Below are positions 13,032 to 25,800 of a stretch of 64,000 nucleotides of DNA, piece by piece (position 1 is the stretch's first letter; the number at the start of each line of letters is the position of its first letter). The stretch is from Eutreptiella sp. 'Long Island Sound 2002' (taxonomy: Eukaryota; Protista; Euglenida). The position numbers and the translations under genes were made by a program. The notes under the pieces were generated by a model. The model was given only the letters and a program-made list of their open reading frames with translations. It did not search any database and had not been told where the DNA came from. Location of the stretch: NCBI GenBank assembly GCA_964036045.1, contig OZ038378.1, positions 183,706,001 to 183,770,000 on the forward strand. Reading direction: 5' to 3'.

Positions 13032-14500
13032 ATGACCAACCAGGGGGTGGACTCACACGAGTCCCTAACTCCGAGGCGTGGACAGCCCAGAGTGAAGTCC
13101 TCAAACGGGGAGCCCCTTAGCAGCCCAAAAAGCAAAAGAGCAACAATGCACCACATTTACCCGAGAACAACCCCAACAAACACCAGTGACAAGTCAGTTT
13201 GTAGATTTGGAGACATGTGCAAAAGTGCCCGGTGCCCCTGGTACCACCCAACTGCAAGTGCGACAACCCGACAGCCACAAGGGGATGCAGGGAGCGACAT
13301 GCTGCCCCCCCCCCCCCCCCCGGTGCCTCACACCAGCAGCAGTGAGTGTGCCAGCTAGAAAAAGAAAGAGCCCAAAATTGGGAGGAACGCAAGCAGCAAA
13401 GCAACTGAGCACAAGGCCGTGAGACGAGCCCCAATAGGACACACAACAATACACAACAGAACCATGAGGTGCGAGCACTGCAGCAGCCACCAAATGCGGT
13501 GCACGTCGAGCGAGCCATCAGCAAACCCCCCCCCCCTCCCTCAACAAGGTGCCCACGTACTCCACAAGGGCGGGAGTTGCGCCCCGCGCGCCGGGAGGTG
13601 CCCGCCACGGGGGTGGCAATAGGGCCGTGACCAGCCAACCGCGCACGGGACAGTCCACGTCGTACGGAGATGTGAAATCCTCGTACGGGGGGACAGGCGG
13701 GTGGGACAGGAGGAGGTGCGCGACAGGGGCACCCATGAGCGCCAACAGATAGGGGGAGGAGCAACACAGACACACAGAACGCGGGAGCCACACGAGGAGG
13801 GACAAGGGCGAGCACAGCACACAAGGAGGAGGGGCACAGCAAGGAGAGGCAGGAGAGGCAACCAGAACAGCGGGAACAAGGAACCAAAATGGAGGAGATG
13901 GGAGAGCGTGCGCATGGGAGGCAGCGACAACAAAGGGGATGGCTTGGCCAGCCAGCCCCGTCGCTACCGGGTGCCAGGGCAACCCCTGCTCAACCGGCAT
14001 CAGTTGGGGGGTGTCTCCCGCAGCCCAGATGGGCTGTTTGCGCAACAGGAGCGGGAGCCCATCAGGGGCAAACCAGCCATGAGGGGGAAAAGGACATATG
14101 GTGGACGGCCGGGACAGCGCGTGGAGGAACAGGGCACCTGGGCCTCACGCACACAGAAACACAGCAAGGCAGGCTACGGACGGCCTGTGGACAGAGGCGC
14201 ATGGACAACAAAAACAGTCAAACGACCCCGGCAACAACCAGCACATCCTCAATACGCCACTTATTGGGCGCCACTGACGCGCAAATGGCACACCATGCCA
14301 CATTCAGCACAGCCCCAACACACCAACTACTGGGCTCCGCGAACGCGGAAACGACACCAGCAAGAGCACCGGCCGTAGCGCCCACAGAAAGCAGCAACCC
14401 GACGCAACATGCGAAGGGAAGAACAGGTGACTGTCCAGGGCCCCGTAAAGGAGCAACAACCAGACGGAATGTCACACAGGGGGTAGCTTTTGAAAGCAGA
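13032..14500 (+). mobile_element. Decayed repeat-derived ORF with a CCCH-type zinc finger and low-complexity basic tail; element class unknown
   Basis: CRFGDMCKSARCPWYHP (C-x5-C-x4-C-x3-H), poly-C slippage, stops, and an internally duplicated YWAP.TRK motif near 14250-14360. Confidence 0.45.
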
Positions 14501-15652
14501 CGAATACTGTGTGCATCATTGGTGGCAATTTTCCCCTTGCACCATGTGATCCACATGCCACGATGTTCCCATTTGAGTTTTGTACCATGCACCGCACAGC
14601 AGGGCTGCAGGCAGCTTTTTGGAAATGCCAATCGTGTGTACAGGTAGATCGATGAAGACCGTTGTCCCGAAAACGTGACAGAAAGCAGATGGTTTGGAAA
14701 GATGAAGTGTATCAGAGGAACAGCGTTGCTCTCATCTCACCAATGAAGCTGGAAGTTGGTGAGAATTCAGGATAAAAATTCCTAACTCATGCACGTTCTT
14801 GGGCAGTTCTTCAGCAAAATCCCTACCAACTGGTGAACCATCCCGGGGGTTGGAATGAACCAAACTGAATGTAAAGTCCCCGACTGAAGTACCCCCCCCC
14901 CCCTGCTCTTTGTCTAATCTACGGGAAAATCCCAAATAATACAGTCCCTATGCCCACTGTAGCTTAGACAAGGCCATAGCTTACACACACCACACACAAC
15001 CTCTGAAACACACGAGCTGGTGGAAGAAAGGGAAATATAATGCATGCATATACCCAAAATCAGAGCTAGGTGGGTCCAAGTGGGCAAACACTCACAAAAC
15101 ATGTGTCCATGACCCTATGTGACTGGCAAATTCGTCACCAAACCCATGGCTGCACTACATTTGGTACCGAATCAAATTAAGTCCCAAAGGCCCCTACGCC
15201 TGCTGTAGACAAGACCGTGGCTAAGACAGGGGGGGGGGGGTACATCCAGACAATTGCTTTGTGGCACAAATTCTGGGCTCTTGTAATTTCTGCTGCCAAG
15301 CCTTGGGAATGTGCCTTGGCTGTACAACAGAACCTTGGTCGAGCATATCAGTTGCTAGTGACATCACTGGAGTCTGGTAAATAAAAGAATGGGTGCCATA
15401 CCATTCGTGAGAGTGCTTTGGAAAAGAAGGACGGGTCTGATCTCTAGGATAGCCGGTACCATTTTTGTGCACTCCTAGAACGGGTGGTACACACCGGAAC
15501 CATTTTTTGTGCACTCTTAGAACAAGTGGTACACGCCGGGAGTATTTTTGTGTAATCTCAGAGGGCATTTGTAGCGTGTTTTACCTCTTGGTTTTCAGAA
15601 TAGTACATCGTGTCTACATGTATATCACGCAAGTTGCAGCGCATAAGCAACA

Positions 15653-15864
15653 CCCTTGTCCAAGCAACACCAGCGCCGTATTTGTGGAGGAACTGTGACG
15701 GCGGCTACGCCGCCATTCTTGGGACTGCCTGGGAATGCACTGATTGCGAGGGCATAGGTCTGTCGGTGGGGACCTATCGCTGAACTTTCCACTGTTTATG
15801 GCCAAGCAACACTAGGCGTTGGTTGCGTCAATTTCTGGTCATTTACCATTGCTTGGACAAAGGG
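15653..15864. mobile_element. MITE-like element with about 15-bp TIRs
   Basis: cccttgtccaagcaa ... ttgcttggacaaaggg. The internal segment ccaagcaacactaggcgttggtt also occurs inverted at about 8420-8446. Confidence 0.55.
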
Positions 15865-16687
15865 GGTGGGGGGGGTTGCGTCCATGTTCCCTGACGACGT
15901 TGGTGCAAGTGCAGCGAGGCAATACGCCATGCAGTAGGGGACAGGTACATGCCCCATGGGCAGTGTGATGCAGTTCCATGCATTGCTTTGTGCACGCTAG
16001 AATTCATCGCCCAAAAGTGATGCAGAGGAAGTTAAGCATTGAGGTGACGTGTAAACACTGAAGGCATTGCTGTCGCACTTATTTCTGCTGCTCAAATGCA
16101 TTTGTGAACAGGCTTGGTTTTTGCATGCCCATAGCACTCCCTCTGATCATTGGGCAAGGCATTGGGTGAAATTGAACACTGTTTTGAACATAGTACTGAC
16201 AACATCCCAAGTCCCTCCATGGTGTAGACATGTTTGCACAGCACAACAGATGGTGTTCATCAAAGTGCCACGCCACTACTGCTCCAATTTTATCTCAAAT
16301 AAATAGTAAGGTCTGCTCTGGGTCCTTGTATGTGGCACACACTGCTCTGCTGCCCATCTGCTGCTCAATTGATCAGATTGCCTGACATTTTCGTGCCTGT
16401 GTGCTGTGCTGAAGTTGTTGCCCCGTGGATTCTCTCCGATCAAAACGCTCCAGTTTCCAAGCATTTCTCCATGGTTTACCACAGAATCGCCGTGTGTCCA
16501 CAACTGAACATGATGCGAGCACACACTGCCACATGCATTTGTTTAAGATGGCAATTGCGGTATTTGGCTGTGCCCTGTCACAACAGGGCCACTGCATAAA
16601 CCCCTGTAACGGCAGATGGCGTCGCGGCAAGTTCATGAGACAAGTGGACACAAGCGCTGCCCGCCAAGTCCGTGCCTTTATATTTCA

Positions 16688-16703
16688 GCTCTTTTCTTGG
16701 CAG
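16688..16703 (+). promoter_or_regulatory. Candidate spliced-leader trans-splice acceptor just upstream of the start codon
   Basis: Pyrimidine tract followed by AG (gctcttttcttggcag), 4 nt before the ATG at 16708. Euglenid mRNAs are SL trans-spliced; that this site is used is inference. Confidence 0.4.
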
Positions 16704-16707
16704 CAAA

Positions 16708-16879
16708 ATGGAGCTGCTGAAAAAGCAAAATGATGCCTGCAATCAGTGGATATTACCTTCAGGTGCCAGCAGCGCGTGCGATGTTGGAGCAGCCAGAAAC
16801 TGGCGGCGCTGCATTTTAGGTCATGCTTACCCCACTGTTGTCTGCTTGTCTGTGTTTGTCTTTGCGGGGTGTGCTGAGG
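16708..16879 (+). CDS. EEP/EF-hand gene exon 1 (start codon and first part of the signal peptide)
   Basis: MELLKKQ...VVCLSVFVFAGCAE G|gtgcat. The phase-1 end fits exon 2. Support is phase and hydrophobicity only. Confidence 0.55.
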
Positions 16880-19800
16880 GTGCATTGTGGGTTGCGTTGA
16901 TTGGTTCTTGGCCATGTCTGTTGTGCCCGTCTTCTGGTGTTGGTGCATGTGCACGCATCTGTTGACGTGGATGCTGGTGGCGTGTACTTATGCAGTGCAT
17001 ATGCCATTGCCCTGTGCTCTCTCTGCATATGGCTGCGAGTTTTGCATGCTTTTTCCTGCCAGACCATTTGCTCCACAGGAGTCATGATTGCTGTTGCAGC
17101 GCTGTTTGCCACAGCACAGACGTCAATCTACTCGGCTCACCTTCCAAACTTTGCATTTTTCGGTCCTGCTGCACAATGGTGGTCATCCAGCCCGATCCTG
17201 CCTGCAATTGCAACGCGGGGATTTCACACATTTGGTGAGCCTTTGAAGGGTCCCGCGCGCGGTGCCGCAGTGCCTCAGCAGGTCTGTACACTGTCGAGGT
17301 GCCCACGTCCTCTCTGTTTGGACCCATGTATTGCTGCTATTCCCAGGGGCTACTCGCCCTTGTTTATTGCACAAACTCCTTGCCCCCACCCCCTCCTGTC
17401 AGTGCGCCATTCCCATCAGGGGCTTGCCTGCAGCCCCCCCCCCCCCCCCCCCCGCCCTGCTCTTCAAAAGGCATTGCACTAGACACTGGGTGCAGTGAAT
17501 CGGTGGCCTATCTGCCTTTATGAAACTATGAAACATCCACCCCTTTCTTTATGCAGTACACATTTTGCTCAACCAGAAAGCGTCGTCAGTTAAAGGACCT
17601 TTGCCCTACCGCTTGCGCCTGCTCCTTTCCTTTAACCTGCACCTGCAGCCACAAGAAGGAAGCTTAGGTCGATGGAGTGCCAACACTAATGTCTCTCAAG
17701 CTGTGGCCATTCACTTTTGCCCTGTCCCTTCTCCACACGGGGCTTGCCCGAAAGGGGTTGGCTATGTACTCTACGTCGCTGGTAGCTCCGGGCAAAGGCC
17801 CTTTATTATTGGCAGGCACGTGCTGGTTCCAACACAATAACAAACGTCCTGCGCCCCTCCCCCTTTTGACTTGGCTCAGTCATCCTGCCCTAGCATGTGG
17901 TAAACAGGCCACTCTGTTGAGTTAGTGGGCCATTGAATGCTGTCAGCACTCAGTGAGCGACCCACCAACATACCTTTTCACTATCCGCTCACCACCACAT
18001 CTGGTTTTGGTCAAACTTTCGGCCCGTGGCACAAATGCGTGCTGCAGCAGGTCAAATAGGCCACGACGTTCATGGTCACAGTTGGATTGAAAAGACGAAC
18101 TGTTGCTCTGCTATTTGACATCCTTTCATTTCGTACCACATGCCCTCTTCACTCAGTCCATAGAACTGCTTTCAGCCAGATTTCGTGGCTTGTCTACCTG
18201 TCGGTGGTTGCTGTAGCATAGCCTCTGTTACATTTAGCCACGTGTTGGCACGTGTTGGAGCTTAGCCCCTTGCAGCCTTTCCAGGGGTAGCCTGTCATGG
18301 CCCCCGGGAGGGGGGGATGGTGCAGTATGCGCACCAGATCTTACATGGACTGAGCAGATCAAGCATCCCCAGTCACACCGATGGCGACAAAACCAATCAA
18401 TGACTGCATAATACCAGGGCATCCGACGTGCCCCAATACCTCTTGGGCCGCTCGGGAGGTTGAAATTCTTGGGCACTGCGTCCAGCCACACGTGGCGGTC
18501 GAACTTCTGCTGCTCTAAAGAGTGCAGCAGAGCCTGGCAACCCGTGGCAAGGGTTCTCCTGCTCAGTGCCTCTGGGGCATTTCTGTGGCAGCCCTTGCCC
18601 TTGCCGTCACTTGGACCACAGCCCTTGTGGCTTGATGCTCCCGTGCCTGGGCCTTCCCCGAAACCGAACGCCTTCCCCAAACCCGCGTGTAGCCTGTCCC
18701 TCCCCCTTGCTCTTGCTGTACACGCCCGTGAAACGCCTTTTGCCCTTCCTCGGCCCAGTCGCGTCCTGAAAAAGACCCGTTGTGGGACTGAAATGGATCC
18801 TTGCCCTGTTGCTGCATCCGTCAGGGCAGCCGGAGCAACGAATTATTATCAAGGGCCGTGGCCGTGCAAGACCACACGGCAGCCCGTCCTACTGGGAGCC
18901 CCAGCAGATGGACAAGAAACAGAGTGCTTTTGGTATGCCCATTGCGATGGAGCTCAGCACACGGTGCTGTGTAATTGTGCACTGCTGCGGGGGGGGGGGG
19001 ATACGCGACCGTGCAAAGTGCAAGCGATCATGCAGGTTGTAAGCAATTATGGTTCTCCATAATGCAGAATTGCAGACGCCTCTGAGGCCCGATGTGCTGA
19101 GCATAGGATGTGTTTTGATTGCTGGGCGCGTTGAAACGCCATTCCATTAGTCCATCCGTGTCAAATTCCCGTGTTGTTGTGCGCAAATATTACCTCGTCT
19201 AAGAAGGGCTTTCCATCGGTATGGTGACGTTTCGGGGGTGCAATGCCCACGGAGTTTGGAAGGTGACGATGTACCCCCTGATCCGAATGATGAATGCACG
19301 CACACCGCACAACGCAGGCCCATCATCGTAGCCCGGCCTTCGGCGCCAGAAAGCTAGCAAGGCTACCGGTGCTACGCGTGCAATGTGAAGAGATTCGACG
19401 GGCGTATCACGGACGGGCCATCAGGCGTGAACACACGCGGGCTTTGCACGCAGTCAGTAGTGCCCCGCCCCCCAAACCACCACCCCCGTCCCCCCCTCCC
19501 TCCGCCAGCGACCAGCGACGCCAGCGCCCAGGACCGTCCGACTGTGAGTGGTACAGAAGGGCCAGGCACCAACCCGTGGTGTGACCCGACCCCCCCCCCC
19601 CCCAGCCCGACACGCCCCCCCCCCCCCAGCACGCGCGCCTACACATACAGGCACGGCGGTGTCTCCCTCTCGTCAGCGCCTTGACGTGGTACGGGGACCG
19701 TCAGCAGTCTGGGCGGCTGTGAGACCAGACAACCAGGGGGGGTGCCCAGTCGAGCCGGTGAGGTACGGGCACACTGGCCGTGGGTCACCACCTTTGGCGC

Positions 19801-22800
19801 AAGCCGAGATCCAAACCAAACCAAACCCCCCTCCCTCCGGACGTACGCACGTCTGCCAGAGGCTCTGTTTGGACTGCACCAGTTTCTCCTCTTTTGGTCT
19901 TTCTTCCCCCTTGCCAACCCCCCCCCCCCGAACAGCACCTGCAGCGCCAATTGTGACCTCTGTGTCCCTCAGCAACTGAGGGTGAGTCGCCTTCCCTCAC
20001 CTTCCACGTCTTGAGGGGATTTCAGCCCCATGCCACTCCCGAACGTTGCCGATACGGATGAACATAAAGTGTTGCTGGGTGTCCATTTTTAATGGGGCCC
20101 CTCGCTGTTCCCCAATAAAAGGGTTCTTTTGACGGTGCGTTAGGCGGCGCCAGGTTGAGCTTTGCGTCTGCCCCTGTGGATGTCGTCGGGTTTCGGGGGT
20201 GGGGGGCGCAGTGCATGGGTGTAGCTACCCATGGCTGTACGTCGCCGGCTAAGGGCTCTAGCCATTCGCATGCTGCCCCTCAGGTGTCTTTCATCAGCTG
20301 GTCTGTGATTGGAGCCGTTGTGGCTGCGTTTGGGGTGCTCGCTTCACGGATGCACCGTCTGGCAAACCGACTGCAGGTACTGTGGGTGAAGCGAAGGGGC
20401 AGGGGGCAGGGACAGCAGCCGGCCCGAGGTGCCTCAGGAGCAGAAGTGGTCCCCATTTGTGCTTTGACAGACCAGGGCCGCCTTCAGTTGTCTTATGATT
20501 GCCGTATGGTTGTGTGCCCTGAGCTTGATGCCTGGCCCAACGTGTGTGAGACGGGCTTGATAAATTCATGAGAGCTGGACTAAAATGGGTATTACCTAAT
20601 ACGGAAAGTTATTTTAATACATGTATTTGTTCTCCTACGCGCATTGCCTTAATGTGCCTGGTTGTTCTAATACACGTGATGGTTCTAATACACATAGTAG
20701 CTCTCATACCCGTAGCACGCTCACGGATTCGCCAGAAGGCGACAACAGTTGTCTTAGGTGTCCGCATACCAGATCCGCACACCAGACCTCTTCAGTGTAT
20801 TAGAATGACCGGGGGTATAAGACATAATGCCTCTGTTTTAGGGTAGCCCCTATCGCTTGCATGTTATCTTGGAACCTGAGGTCAAGCGGCACTCCACTTC
20901 TTGAACAAACAACCCGTACACATTATGTGCAGTTTGTCGACACTGTACATACCCAGTGTACAACATGCACAACATGCACACATTATAGCATATTACCGAG
21001 TATTGTTGCCTAATATGTCCAGTAGCTCTAAGCCGTGTACTCTGAGTCACCTATTACGTGTTCTAATCCACGGATTGGTCTGAATATGCATAGTCATTCT
21101 GATACATGTATTAAGTACGTTTGTACGTGCATGAGGCTAATACCCGACATTACCTAGTACATGTAGCAATTCTAATACGTGTATGACCTAATACACATAT
21201 TGCATTCTAATGCAAAAGATTGTTACACGTATTACCTAATAAGCGTGTTACCTAATACAGAAATTATATGATACGGGTATTATCTGATACACGTACATGC
21301 CCTGGTACGCGTATGATCTGATATGTGCAGCAGTTCTGATGCGTAAATATAATACGCGTAGTAGTTGCACGCATATTAGGTGCAGTACGCATTATGTGTA
21401 ATACGGGTAGCAATTCTAAAATTCTAAAATGGTATAAGTTCTAATACACGTGTTGCCCAACAGGCCGTTGCTTCTAATACATGTAGTAACCATGTGATTG
21501 TCTTATTTGTAGCAACCGTAATACATGTAATTGCAATACCTATACTTCTGGTGTTTCTAACATGTGTCGCATCTAATATCCAATACGCGTAGTAGTTCAA
21601 ATGCGCGCATTATCTAATGCTCGCAGTAGTTCTAATACATTTCATGGGTCTAATACACAAATCACCTCATATATTACAGGCTACCAGTATCAGCGGATAC
21701 ACATATTGCCTACTGCGGCTACCGTATTTCTGATGTCCATTATCTAAGTCCAGAGTAGAGACTTTTGACATAAAATAGAGGTCTTAAAGCGCACATTCTC
21801 CATGTGATGTCGTCTGCGCTGGCCATTTGCCTATGTCCCCTTTGAGTCACGGCCTGCTGCTCCGTTGTCCAGAATCGCTTGTTTGCGTGTCAGGTGAGGA
21901 AGGCAACTGCGAGTGCTTTTGGTGTGGTGTAGAATTTGGGATCTGTTGGGGGTCTTTCACCACTGATCGATTTGCCTTTAGTGTTGAGTTGGGGGGACAT
22001 ACAGGAAAGAGCAGGTTCGGCGTTTGCTATGCAGTGAACTGCTGGATGCTCCATGTTTTCCATGTGGTTGTGAAACTGCCGTTTTCGCTCGCGAAAGGGA
22101 GAGGCAGGTGTTATGGAGCAAGGACAACGGGGCATTGGAGCAAGACTACAACCGTCACTTTGGGCTGCAGCGCCTGGAAGGAAGATGGATATATGTTCGG
22201 GACACTGCACCAAGATATTGAGACGGGCTGTCATCCCGGCCTGGGAGTATCCTCATAGTGTTTTTGCTTAGTCATGTAACACCTTAATGCCTCTCAGGTA
22301 CCAAAAACGTCAATGACTGCCGTCTTCAGTACATCCAGTACTAAACAATGGAATGACGGCGCCCCAGTCTGCGAAGAGATGCCCATATCAAGTTATGGTG
22401 TGCATTTGTGTGTCCAGGCTCAGGCATGACTGCATTGTGATGTATTACCCCCACTCCCAAAGTCATGAAGAGACTCTGAGGCAGCAGATGGGGGGATCTG
22501 GCGACATCAAACGGGGCGTAGTGTGTAGTTTTTTTGGCGCCAATGCTGAGTTGCTTGTGGCCCCACTGAGGGAATCGAATTTTCTGTAGGTCTTAACCGG
22601 CAGCGGTCCCTGTGAATTGAGCCTTTTTATCACCCCCCGTTTCCGGGGGCTCAACAACCCCCCACCCGTACCATTCTCGGGCTCTATCAGGACCCCCCTG
22701 CCCCGTTTTCGGGACACTTCGCCCTGCAGCACACTGTGCACGCGTACATCAATCAGTTGTTGTTTTTGTGCCACTAATGACCCGCCCGGGCTGGCATGCG

Positions 22801-25800
22801 TGACGACATACCACGTGAACATGCCAGGCCCAGGGGTGTCCTTAAGAAGCCCAATAATTTTCGTCATTCAGGAAAGCGGTTAAGGACAGCCCCGGGGACC
22901 ACCAACCGCCAACTGCCAACCGCCACCAACCGCCAACCGCCAAATGCCTACCGCCACCTATCGCCAACCGCCAACTGCCAACCGCCACCAACCGCCAGCC
23001 GCCAAACGCCAACATTGTTCAATACTGTTTCTGTGGTCTTGTGTCTTGCCCTTTCTGTTGGCGTTACCAAGCCGTGTTTTTTTCTTCTTAAGGACAGCCC
23101 CCCATGCACGCACCCCCCCCCCCACATGCACGCACCCGCACGCATGGAACCGCCCGCTCTTCTTTTTCCCGCAGAGTCCTGCTCCAGCGTCGCAACACTC
23201 AACCAGCCCGACGAGGCCGGGACCGCGGCTGACCCGTATTTGTCGCTGACGACGTTGAACGTCTTGGCCCCGATTTACAAACGCATTGACAGCGACGGCA
23301 CCCGAGAATCCGAATTTGCAGATCGCTTCATGGCCCGCAATCAGCGGATCTTGGACCTGCTGCTGAGCCGGGGCTCTTCAGTGATCTGCCTGCAGGTGTG
23401 CGATGCGTGGGCATTTGCTTGACAGGGTCACCGGGCCGGGAACCCCGAGGGCGGAAACGCTTGGTCCGTCCAGGTAGCCTGCCAGGCAAGGATGTATTAG
23501 AACGGCTGACAACCACAGGAGGAGCCCCCCCCCCCCCTCCCCCCGGACACACACCCCCCCAAGACCAAAGGGACCATCGTGGGAAAAACCGAAAGTTACC
23601 ATTGGGAAAATCTTGTTGGGCCATTTTTGGTACACAAACTTTTGGAAACTTTTGGGTCCCAGACCCCCCCCCCCTCCTCTCCTCTAAGACATTCGTGCTG
23701 CCCGGGACCTGAAGACGCCAAGTGCCCCAGGGCCCTCTCCTCCCACCTCGCAATCATTTGGTCATTCACAGCAGGCCGTGCGGTCCCCAAGCGCGCTACC
23801 AAACCGGTAGCACAGTCCTCCTACCAGCTGCATCCAGGGCCTGCGATGCCGGTTGAACAATCCAAAATTTCAAAGTGGTGTGGTCTCGTGATAAGAAACT
23901 CGACACTTTGCCACGGGTTGATGATGGGGCACCTGAGGAGGGCTACGCCAGCAGTAGCAATGGTCGCTCCCCTATAACAAAGATAGAGAGATTAAGGATT
24001 GGAGCACTACCATGCCTGCATCTTTAAGAGTGGAGTTAAGTGATCCACATGGAAATAGCCAAAGAGTGCATCCTATGTGGCATGACGTTGCCATTGGCCT
24101 GGGTGGGGAACATTGCCATTGTATTGCAACCATTGCCAGGCAATCTTTTTGGCAGAAAGCTATCTCCTGCTCATGATGTGTGTTGCTTGTGCGGTGCAAG
24201 GGGATGGAGACATGCACTTGCACTGTTGTAGGGGTTGGGTTCGTGTGCCCTTGCAGGGGGGGGGCTGGGGGCGTTATTTGCGATTTGGGTGCGCCCCCGC
24301 CCCCCCCCCCCGGGAGGGGGGAGGATTGTCGTGCGCCAAGGGGGGATTTCAAGAGGGCCGTAGGGTGCCCAACCATAAACCTAATGAAGCCCTGGGGAAC
24401 GTGGGGAATCCTGCGGCGCGCAATGTGGGTAATTATCATGGAACAGTGGAAATTGCGCCCTTTGTGAACCGTATATTTGAATGAGGAGTGGTTATCGCAA
24501 CATTTTTGTCCCTTTTGAGTATTGTGTCTCGCCAGCGTGCCCGTTTGATTTACTTCCTTCACCCAAAATGGAGGAAAATGACTAATGCGGTAATTGCCAA
24601 TTACCGCACAGCTAATTCCCCTCACCCTGCGGCGCGCAGGAAGCATTCCCCTGGATTGACATGGCTATGACAACCCCGTCGGGGCAGCTCTGTGTGCCCC
24701 ATTTACTTTTGGGGCTTGGCTCGAGTTTAGTGGCAAATGCCCTTTTGGCCTCCTCATGTGCCGCACAGACCGATTGCCGTCCATCGACCTTTCACTGTTT
24801 GTGTCTCTTGCATGAGTTTGCTGTGCTTGGGCTCTGCAAGCCAACACCTGCCACACAAAAATTGAACGTGTGCGTAGTAGCGGCGAGTGCTCGCGTATAC
24901 GCCCGCGGAAATCTCGGCCCAGATGTGTTGTGAGGGGACCCAACGTGAGCTCTGTGGAGGCCATCAGGATGGCACAGCCGATGAGAGAAGCAGGAGTCTG
25001 CCAACGGGAGGCCATGCAAGAGGAGACAGCAGAGGCCAGTGAAGGGCTCTGGACTGTAAATGCACTGACACACTTGGGCACCACGGCGCAGTAGGCTACG
25101 GCATTGGAGGTTTTTTTTCGGGGGGGAGGGGGGGGGGCCAGGGACTTGCTTTAATTTTCATTCCGACGGGGGGGGGGACCCCTCCCCCTTGGACCCCCTC
25201 CCCCCCTCCCCTGGACCCCCTCCCCCCCCGCTCAAGCAAGTCCCTGAGGGGGGGCGTGTTCAGTAGGGGGCCGCACACTCCCGTCGGGGGTAGCACCGCG
25301 CTACATGGGGCCTCAGATTTCTGTTGCCGTGATCATCCGGGAGGGGGGATCTAGTGCGTGTCGGGGGGCTGCCTACTTGTGTCAGTGAATCTGCAGTACT
25401 GAATCAATAAGCGCAGGTCCGATACTCTGACAACGCTGTCCCTCCGTGCCGTTGCGCAGGAGTTCTGGCATCAGAATGAGCAGCTGCATTCCCTGTACCA
25501 GCGAATATTCGAAGAGGAAGGTGTGCCTTGGTGCTCGGCAGGTTTGCATCTCACGCAGGTGCATGTCTGCGTCGTGCTGTGGGCGATGGCAATTAATGGT
25601 GGGTGCATCCACGGGGGTCCGGCCTGCGACAACCCCATTACCCATTACCCGCCATTCTGGCTCAGTTGTAGCCGAGCCTACATTGAGTATTGGCGCCGAA
25701 GGCGCCCGAAGAAATATCTATCGACATGAGCTCGCCCTTCGTTGCTCATGGGTGCAATGGCGATTGCAATCCATGGATTCTGTGGAGCTGCAAACAAACT

